Shown here piece by piece: positions 57,723 through 64,000 of a DNA stretch of 64,000 bases (within the stretch, counting starts at the first letter, position 1; each line of letters opens with the position of its first letter). The DNA comes from Escherichia phage DCP80. The stretch lies in sequence record PQ671644.1; one strand, 5' to 3'. The notes under the pieces were generated by a model. That model worked only from the letters and a program-made list of their open reading frames with translations. It made no database searches and was not told the origin of the DNA. A program made the translations under genes and the position numbers.

Positions 57723-57916
57723 AGGAAACCTCGTTTAAATTCAACTTGACCATCATCATAACGGATTTCAATATTGAATTCTAAAGAATCATCATCGTGC
57801 ATCATGAACGAGTGCACGACAACCTCATCAAACACACCCAGACCATACTTAAAATGTACATCATGGGCAATAACTTCGTCTAAAGTTTTGTTCGGTTTAA
57901 TCCAACGGTTTAACAT
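57719..57916 (-). CDS. hypothetical protein (65 aa), copy of 27828..28025
   Basis: Identical translation. Confidence 0.45.
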   Translation of the reverse strand: MLNRWIKPNKTLDEVIAHDVHFKYGLGVFDEVVVHSFMMHDDDSLEFNIEIRYDDGQVEFKRGFL

Positions 57917-57964
57917 AGTATTCTCCTCTGTAGTTGAGATAATTATACCATCTCTATTAAAAGC

Positions 57965-57987
57965 AAAAAGGGAACCCGAAGGTTCCC
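57965..57987 (-). terminator. rho-independent terminator after soc (second copy)
   Basis: GGGAACC-UUCG-GGUUCCC with U-run on the minus strand. Confidence 0.65.
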
Positions 57988-57992
57988 TATAA

Positions 57993-58226
57993 TTAAACTA
58001 CTGGGGTAGGCGTAAACATCGCCGCGTTCTTAGTTCGCCAATCGGCTGCATCAGTCACTACAGTAGTATAGGCTGCAACGGCCGAAGGGAAAGTCTGATA
58101 ATGAGCATCCGCAATACGGTGCTCGTTTGAATAGATTTCAAACGGAACAGATACTTCAACACCTTTAACTTCTTTACCTTCACCAGCTGGATGCGTAAAG
58201 GTTTTGATATTAACGAAACCACCCAT
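57993..58226 (-). CDS. soc: small outer capsid protein Soc, second copy
   Basis: Identical translation to 27517..27750. Confidence 0.8.
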   Translation of the reverse strand: MGGFVNIKTFTHPAGEGKEVKGVEVSVPFEIYSNEHRIADAHYQTFPSAVAAYTTVVTDAADWRTKNAAMFTPTPVV

Positions 58227-58267
58227 AATAAACTCCTTTGTTGTTTAATTACAGGTGTATTTATAAC

Positions 58268-58549
58268 TTACAATTTGGCGGCTTGGACTGCTTTATTGGC
58301 TTCAGTCATTTTAGCTAGATTTTCAGCAGTAGGATTGGCAATGTATTCGGCTGTAGCTTTAGCAAAAACATTATGAGTTTCGATTACATTTTTAGCATTT
58401 TCAATATTCATATCAATTTCTTGTTTAGATAAATTTTTTAGTTGATTGGCTAAGAGTTCTACAAAGATTTCAACATTAGCGTTTTCAATTATATCATTAA
58501 TATGCTTCTTACGAGCTTTCTTAAGCTGACGTTTATTTAAACGAGGCAT
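58268..58549 (-). CDS. hypothetical protein (93 aa), copy of 27194..27475
   Basis: Near-identical translation. Confidence 0.5.
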   Translation of the reverse strand: MPRLNKRQLKKARKKHINDIIENANVEIFVELLANQLKNLSKQEIDMNIENAKNVIETHNVFAKATAEYIANPTAENLAKMTEANKAVQAAKL

Positions 58550-59067
58550 TAATAACCTCGGTCCTGACGAGCAAAGTTCTCGGCATTTTTCAGGTAATAC
58601 AGTTTAAAGATTTCTTCTGCTGTCAGACCAAGACCATGGAACATGTTCAGAACGAAATGGAGAATATCAATCATTTCGAATTTAATTTCGAGCTGGTCTT
58701 CAGGAGAGAGTTCGTCAATACGACGGTTACGGAATTCGCCATGTTGAGCTTTCCAAGGCTTCCAACAACTTGATGCAGCTTTCTCGCCATTAGACATACC
58801 ACCGAGAGAAGTCAGAAGTTCACGGAATTCGTCGTCAACATAATCTTTCTGGTTGCGAAGCCATGCAACAACATCGCCTGCGGTTGCCAATTCATCTGGA
58901 TGTGCGTTATATTCTGGTTTTTCTGTAGCCAGACGAACCTGCAAAGATTTCTGCATATCAAGCATAATCTGCAGAGGGTCATCATTGCCTTTTAGGACAT
59001 CATTATACGCATCTTGCGCTTTATCAACACCAGCAATCAGTTGAGAACACTCGTTAAAATGAGCCAT
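58549..59067 (-). CDS. 56: dCTP pyrophosphatase gp56, second copy
   Basis: Near-identical to 26676..27194 (a few substitutions). Confidence 0.92.
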   Translation of the reverse strand: MAHFNECSQLIAGVDKAQDAYNDVLKGNDDPLQIMLDMQKSLQVRLATEKPEYNAHPDELATAGDVVAWLRNQKDYVDDEFRELLTSLGGMSNGEKAASSCWKPWKAQHGEFRNRRIDELSPEDQLEIKFEMIDILHFVLNMFHGLGLTAEEIFKLYYLKNAENFARQDRGY

Positions 59068-59105
59068 TATATTTTTCCTTATCAATTCATGTTGTTTGTA
59101 TGTTA

Positions 59106-59129
59106 ATTATATCATATTGGTTTAAAGCA
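59106..59129 (-). promoter_or_regulatory. middle promoter (MotA box + TATAAT) for gene 56, second copy
   Basis: Reverse complement of 26614..26637. Confidence 0.5.
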
Positions 59130-59151
59130 TAAATACAAGAAAGGAGGATGT

Positions 59152-59349
59152 ATGCTCAAACTATCTAGTCTAATTCAAGCCATCAAAGGCAGTCGTAAGC
59201 GAACGATTCTGGTCCTTTCGATACTCTGTTTTGTTCTACTCTGGAATTTCATTGTTGTCCCTATTGCATTGGCACATGGTGTTATATTGCCAGTCGTCGC
59301 GCTCGAATCAGTTGTAGATGTTTCACTAGCATTAATCGGCCTTATATAG
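59152..59349 (+). CDS. small membrane protein (65 aa), second copy
   Basis: One substitution relative to 26394..26591. Confidence 0.45.
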   Translation: MLKLSSLIQAIKGSRKRTILVLSILCFVLLWNFIVVPIALAHGVILPVVALESVVDVSLALIGLI

Positions 59350-59457
59350 GTGGAACTTACTGGTTGTGCCTATCGCTGCAACACAAGGGGTGCACTTACC
59401 CCAGGTCACAATGGAACATATTCATTCCATCATCGGTTACTTTACCGGAATCCCTTC

Positions 59458-60486
59458 CTAAACTTTTGCGTACTTCGAAAGTCGCATTCTCGCCATCAAT
59501 CCTTGAGCAACGTTATCGGCCATATATGATTCGATTTGTTCAGGGGTTGCCCCTTCTGATTTAACCATCTCATTTATGTCTTTCGTATGCCATGGTGCAT
59601 TGTCCCAGAACATAACAGCTTCGCCCGCTTCAACGAGCTTCTTCATACGTTTAATCGTATCTTTATGTCGCGGTTCATGGTCCATCACCCATACTCTGGT
59701 TTCTGGATAAGGAACAGCTTCCAATGCCAATGTGCCACCGGTTATCGCAATGCTGTTAGGGATAAACAAACTATCAATTGGACCTTCCATTACCCATACG
59801 CGTTTACGCTCATCAATCTTGTCTACGCCATAGACTTTGGAAGCTTCTGGGTGAGCTTTGATTGTGATATATTTTTGTGGTGCATCTTTGCGAAGAGCTC
59901 GTCCTTGGAAAGATTCGATTTCTTTTTTGCCGTTGAAGATAGGAATAACCAAGCGTGGTTCATTCGTTTCATTCTTATACGTCCCAGGATTGACGGAGTT
60001 AACTAATGCAGGCCATTTGTTTGTAAACCATAACCGGTTCCAAACATTGCTAGGAATACACCGACTTTTTACATACTTAATTATCGGATGTGCTTCTGGT
60101 AAAGTATCGAGTCTTTCACAAAAAGCAAGCTGCTCGATAACCGGAGTTTTTTCTGGTTCTTTCGGAGTTTCTGCAACTTCATTGCGCTGTCTGCCAAAGG
60201 CATTCTCCTTATACTTCTCAACCATATATTCCCGGTGTAAATCCGGCTCAAACTCTTTTATGTATTTGCTTATATGCGTGGAGTAGTCACAGTTAAAACA
60301 TTTCACGTAAACCGCGCCATCAGACGGATTGGTATACGCCCAGAATCGAGCTTTATGTGAATCTTTCTGGGAGTCGCCACAAACTTTACATCTGCAGTTT
60401 GCCTTAAATGTGCTCCCGGTGACTTCTCTATAACGTGGTTGATACGATAAAGCTCTGACTGCAAATTCTTTATCAATATATGACAT
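59458..60486 (-). CDS. 61: DNA primase gp61, second copy
   Basis: About 97% identical to 25257..26285. Confidence 0.93.
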   Translation of the reverse strand: MSYIDKEFAVRALSYQPRYREVTGSTFKANCRCKVCGDSQKDSHKARFWAYTNPSDGAVYVKCFNCDYSTHISKYIKEFEPDLHREYMVEKYKENAFGRQRNEVAETPKEPEKTPVIEQLAFCERLDTLPEAHPIIKYVKSRCIPSNVWNRLWFTNKWPALVNSVNPGTYKNETNEPRLVIPIFNGKKEIESFQGRALRKDAPQKYITIKAHPEASKVYGVDKIDERKRVWVMEGPIDSLFIPNSIAITGGTLALEAVPYPETRVWVMDHEPRHKDTIKRMKKLVEAGEAVMFWDNAPWHTKDINEMVKSEGATPEQIESYMADNVAQGLMARMRLSKYAKV

Positions 60487-60514
60487 AGTTTCCTCATTTC
60501 AATGGCCCCGAAGG

Positions 60515-60560
60515 NNNNNNNNNNNNNNNNNNNNNNNNNNNNNNNNNNNNNNNNNNNNNN
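60515..60560. other. N-run (scaffold junction)
   Basis: 46 n. Confidence 0.95.
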
Positions 60561-60561
60561 A

Positions 60562-60691
60562 GCGGACGAACGTTTGGAACGAGCTATCAAACAAGAAGCT
60601 ATTGCCAAACGAGCATTGATGAAGTCTCTTTATCTCTGCCTTCATGTCATTAATGCGCTGGAAGCTATTCGGTTTTATGTTTCATTTGCGT
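60562..60691 (+). CDS. nrdB: ribonucleotide reductase beta subunit NrdB, exon 1 (3' part only)
   Basis: Frame ...LYLCLHVINALEAIRFYVSFA aligns with the conserved R2 helix (E. coli ..LSLFLCGLMAEAIRFYVSFAC..); exon ends at U60691. Confidence 0.8.
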
Positions 60692-61000
60692 AAATTGCGC
60701 CTTTAAGTGGTAACACTTATCGAAAACTCCTTTAATTGCTGGAAAATCCGGAAACGGAAAACTAGCAGCCAAGGTTTTGCTTGCGCCTTTAATTAGTATC
60801 ATATTATAAATATGATTATACTTTTAAGAGGATGCACAATTGCAAAACAAGGTTCAACGACTAGTCTTCGGACGTAGGGCCAAGCGGCTCGAAATGGGGA
60901 GAATCCTTCTGGGATTGTGATATAGTCTGGTCTGCATGGTAACATGCAGCAGTTCATAAGAGAACGGGATAAGAAATAGCGAGCTTATTCGAACATAACG
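60692..61000 (+). ncRNA. group I self-splicing intron in nrdB (309 nt, no homing-endonuclease ORF)
   Basis: Interrupts the conserved FYVSFA|C..MEGNAK region exactly where a Cys codon is reconstituted (U + GU); exon U before 5' splice site, intron ends in G; P1-like pairing UUGCGU/GCGC; catalytic-core-like segments (UCAACGACUAGUC ... AUAGUCUGG); T4 nrdB is known to carry a group I intron. Confidence 0.7.
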
Positions 61001-61503
61001 GTACATTTAATTTCCATAAGAACATGGAAATCATGGAAGGTAATGCGAAGATAATGAAGTTCATCGCCCGTGATGAACAGCTCCACCTTAAGGGGACCCA
61101 ATATATTCTTCGTCAGTTGCAGACTGGTACTGACGGTGACGAATGGGTTAAAATCGCACATGAATGTGAAGCAGAAGCCGCAGCCATTTTCATGGAAGTT
61201 AATCGCCAGGAAAAAGAATGGGCCGTGCATCTGTTTAAAGATGGTGGACTCCCCGGGCTGAGCGTCGAGATTCTTAACCGGTTCATCGATTACCTGACGG
61301 TTTCTCGTATGAAGCAATGTGGTCTCCCGTGTGAAATCGTGTTAGAATCTACTAAGCACCCGATTCCATGGATTCGTGAATATCTTAACTCTGATAATGT
61401 GCAATCAGCACCACAAGAAGTTGAGTTGTCTGCTTACCTGGTAGCCCAGATTGACAATGACGTCGATGAGAATGTTCTTGCTGGTTTCCGTAAATATCTA
61501 TAA
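61001..61503 (+). CDS. nrdB: NrdB exon 2
   Basis: ..(C)TFNFHKNMEIMEGNAKIMKFIARDEQLHL...VELSAYLVAQIDNDVDENVLAGF matches the R2 C-terminal half and C-terminal tail. Confidence 0.85.
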
Positions 61504-61505
61504 GG

Positions 61506-61526
61506 AAAGGGCTTCGGCCCTTTTTG
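61506..61526 (+). terminator. rho-independent terminator after nrdB
   Basis: AAAGGGC-UUCG-GCCCUUUUU. Confidence 0.65.
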
Positions 61527-61529
61527 TCT

Positions 61530-61940
61530 ATGAAACAAATCGCTGACGAATACAGTTTTATAAAATACGCGGAGTTAGAGTTAGTCGATGGTAAAATCCC
61601 TATTCTTACTCTCGCAAACAAGAAAAATGTTATCTATGCTATTTCAGTTGATGATGAACTAGTGTATATTGGTAAGACGAACAACCTTAAGAAGCGTATC
61701 AACTATTACCGGACTGCAATTAACCGAATCGAACAGACGAGTGATTCAAACAAATCCCGGATGATACATGAAGCTTTACAAGAAGGTAAAAAGGTGGTAT
61801 TCTATGCACGACAATGTTTCAATCTGTCAATGACCAATGAACTTGGCACAATGTCAGTCGAAACGATGTCTCTAGAAGAGCCGATGTTCATCAAGCTTTT
61901 TAATCCCCCGTGGAATTACCAACATAAGGTGAAGAAATGA
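61530..61940 (+). CDS. denA: endonuclease II (DenA, GIY-YIG family)
   Basis: Start at ATG 61530 (track starts at TTG 61524); MKQIADEYSFIKY...VIYAISVDDELVYIGKTNNLKKRINYYRTAINR...FYARQCFNLSMTNELGT matches T4 EndoII. Confidence 0.9.
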   Translation: MKQIADEYSFIKYAELELVDGKIPILTLANKKNVIYAISVDDELVYIGKTNNLKKRINYYRTAINRIEQTSDSNKSRMIHEALQEGKKVVFYARQCFNLSMTNELGTMSVETMSLEEPMFIKLFNPPWNYQHKVKK

Positions 61941-63073
61941 TTGAATTATATGATAACTTAATGAAGCTTTGCGCCGAATCCGATAAAGGTAAGTTTTTCT
62001 ATACGGATTTTGTTTCTCCATTTGAAACCAAGTTCCGCATCTTTAGCTATAACTATGCTTCCTATAGTGATTGGCTTCTTGATGACGCACTGGAGTGCCG
62101 CGGCATTATGTTTGAAATGGATGACAATGGTCCAGTTCGCATTGCTGCCCGTCCTATGGAAAAATTCTTTAATCTGGGTGAGAACCCAATGACCATGGAC
62201 CTTAACCTTGATGAGGTTGTCCTGGTTACTGCAAAAGCTGATGGTAGCTTGGTTTCTACTTATATGGACCAGACTAATATTGCTTTTAAATCCAAAGGGT
62301 CAATCAAAAGCTCCCAGGCTGCTGAATCTCTGCAGGTGTTTAAACAACCGCACCGTGAAGCGTTCAGGGCTCGCGTAACTGAAATCACTGAAGCTGGTTA
62401 TACATGCAATATGGAATATGTTGCACCAACCAACCGCATTGTTTTGCCTTACCAGGAACGTGACCTGATTTTACTGAACGTTCGTCATAATGAAACTGGC
62501 GAATATATCCCATACCAGGAACTGTTCAAAGATGCTGCACTCCGTCCTTTCCTGGTTGAAGCATATGACCTGGTGAGCATTGAGAATGTTCGTGGCATGA
62601 AAGAGATTGAAGGCTTCGTCTACGAGCTGGCAAGTGGTCAGAAGTTCAAGCTGAAAACAGAATGGTATTGTGCTCTGCACCATACTAAAGACTCCATTAA
62701 TAATAATGAGCGTTTGTTTGAAGTTGTTGTTGCCGGCGGGGCTGATGATGTTATTGCCATGTTTACTGGTGATGATTATGCTCGCGAAAAAGTTAATGCC
62801 TTTACCATTGTACATCTGGATTATCTGTCCAATACGCTGGGATTGTTGCTTGACGCCCAGAAACAACTGGCAGGAAAAGACCGTCGCGAGTTTGCGATTA
62901 AAGGTCAAGAGTTGTGTAAACCGTACCCGGGATTGTTCTCCGTATTAATGAACACCTATCAACGCCCCCAGGAAACCGAACAAACGATTGCTCAAATCAA
63001 TAAAGTTTTCCTTAAAAATCATAAACTTTACATTCCGTCGGACTACCAAGCGGAAGTAATCCTTCCTGAATAA
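61937..63073 (+). CDS. rnlA: RNA ligase 1 (gp63; also tail-fiber attachment)
   Basis: 378 aa; matches T4 Rnl1 (FRIFSYNYASYSDWLL.DALECRGIMFEMD, PMEKFFNL.ENP, EDGSLVSTY with active-site Lys in TAKADG/TKEDG region, FKSKGSIKS, APTNRIVL.YQE, LLNVR.NETGEYI). Confidence 0.92.
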   Translation: MIELYDNLMKLCAESDKGKFFYTDFVSPFETKFRIFSYNYASYSDWLLDDALECRGIMFEMDDNGPVRIAARPMEKFFNLGENPMTMDLNLDEVVLVTAKADGSLVSTYMDQTNIAFKSKGSIKSSQAAESLQVFKQPHREAFRARVTEITEAGYTCNMEYVAPTNRIVLPYQERDLILLNVRHNETGEYIPYQELFKDAALRPFLVEAYDLVSIENVRGMKEIEGFVYELASGQKFKLKTEWYCALHHTKDSINNNERLFEVVVAGGADDVIAMFTGDDYAREKVNAFTIVHLDYLSNTLGLLLDAQKQLAGKDRREFAIKGQELCKPYPGLFSVLMNTYQRPQETEQTIAQINKVFLKNHKLYIPSDYQAEVILPE

Positions 63074-63082
63074 TAAAAAGGG

Positions 63083-63112
63083 GTGTACAAGCCCCTTCTT
63101 TCTATACATAAT
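63083..63112 (+). promoter_or_regulatory. T4-type early promoter
   Basis: GTGTAC-18nt-CATAAT then GGTTCCATCAACTACTGATGAGGA; -35 lies in the loop of the post-63 hairpin. Confidence 0.5.
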
Positions 63113-63143
63113 GGTTCCATCAACTACTGATGAGGACTAAAAC

Positions 63144-63377
63144 ATGTTAAACTTAATTACAAATGAAAGAGTTACACAGGCATATGGTGACAGAAATGAT
63201 GGAATCTATGTCTACAAGGGAGACCGCCGGATTGGTTTCATTACTGACCTGAAGGCCAAATTGTTAAAAGAATTGAAAGCTCAAACAGGTGATTCTGGGT
63301 TTAGAGCAAGAGCCAAAAAGAAAGATGAACGCCTGGGTGCCAACTCTTTTGGTCCTAGAGGTTACAACCGCTACTAA
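63144..63377 (+). CDS. hypothetical protein (77 aa), N-terminal paralog of the following gene
   Basis: ATG after GAGGA RBS; residues 6-42 about 65% identical to the N-terminus of 63391..63894. Confidence 0.5.
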   Translation: MLNLITNERVTQAYGDRNDGIYVYKGDRRIGFITDLKAKLLKELKAQTGDSGFRARAKKKDERLGANSFGPRGYNRY

Positions 63378-63390
63378 TGAGGAAAATATT

Positions 63391-63894
63391 ATGAATATGC
63401 AACTGATTTCAAATGAAATGATTGTTGATGTATATGGTGACCGCCATGACGGAATCTATGTTTATAAAGGTTCCAAAAATGTTGGGTTCCTTACTGACTT
63501 AAGAAAGAAACTGGCGTCTGATAATAAGTTGAAGGCGAAACAAAAAGAATATCGTGATAAGAAATCAGAAGAGCGGAAAGAAGCACTGCATGAATCTGTT
63601 CCTGAAATGGTTGACTTCTTAAAGAACCATTTGGTTAAATATGATGCAGAAGTGTTCATCAATCAGACCCAACCTAATGTGCATATCAATGGATGTGTTT
63701 GTTATGTTGTGGTTGAACCCCTGACACTTCAACACCGCCTGGGAATTAAACACCCAGTGTTAACCCAGGATGATATGGCGGATGAAGTTGGTAATCAGTT
63801 CCGCATTTCAGCATCTGACAGTACAAATCACATCCTCCTGAATGGTTTATCCCAGGATGATATTGTTGAGGTAATCATCAAGTTATGCAAATAA
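63391..63894 (+). CDS. alc: Alc-like protein (by position after gene 63 and length 167 aa)
   Basis: ATG 63391 with GAGGA RBS, 13 nt after upstream stop; T4 alc follows gene 63 and encodes 167 aa; no sequence recall to confirm. Confidence 0.5.
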   Translation: MNMQLISNEMIVDVYGDRHDGIYVYKGSKNVGFLTDLRKKLASDNKLKAKQKEYRDKKSEERKEALHESVPEMVDFLKNHLVKYDAEVFINQTQPNVHINGCVCYVVVEPLTLQHRLGIKHPVLTQDDMADEVGNQFRISASDSTNHILLNGLSQDDIVEVIIKLCK

Positions 63895-63922
63895 GTAATC
63901 TCACCACAGGGCTTATGCTCGC

Positions 63923-63980
63923 NNNNNNNNNNNNNNNNNNNNNNNNNNNNNNNNNNNNNNNNNNNNNNNNNNNNNNNNNN
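63923..63980. other. N-run (scaffold junction)
   Basis: 58 n. Confidence 0.95.
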
Positions 63981-64000
63981 AAAAATGGTTATACCTTCCT

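Overview
This window is a scaffold of T4-like (T-even, Tevenvirinae-type) myophage DNA: 15 sequence blocks joined by 14 N-runs whose lengths do not correspond to real gap sizes. Gene order inside each block follows the T4 map, but block order and orientation are arbitrary. Two ~3.5 kb regions occur twice in opposite orientation at about 97-99% identity (dexA-dda-srd region at 5388..9166 vs 50001..53696; 61-56-soc region at 25041..28576 vs 57141..60514), and two different distal tail-fiber cassettes are present, so the scaffold most likely mixes contigs from two closely related phages. Recognisable genes include replication and recombination (32, 59, rnh, 41, 61, 44, 45, uvsX, 46, 47, dda, dexA, ligase 30), nucleotide metabolism (56, nrdB, denA), virion and late genes (34, 36, 37, 38, t, 68, 21, 22, 23, 24, soc, 17, 18, 19) and host-takeover genes (alt, alc, rIIA, rIIB, sp, dmd, a ModA-like ADP-ribosyltransferase). 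The most interesting observations are: (1) two alternative host-range cassettes, a T2-type gp37 plus gp38 adhesin and a T4-type gp37 plus gp38 chaperone, each followed by the same 110-bp late promoter and holin start; (2) a 4 kb cluster of seven unrecognised early/middle-promoter genes directly upstream of 68-21-22-23, where T4 carries the portal gene 20 and gene 67; (3) an HNH homing-endonuclease gene inserted between genes 18 and 19; (4) a compact ORF-less group I intron in nrdB; (5) extra small early genes between gene 41 and dmd; (6) a diverged gene at the srd position flanked by near-identical DNA. All protein identifications rest on reading the translations and recalling T4 protein sequences and gene order; no database search was run. 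Start codons are approximate because the ORF track uses alternative starts.
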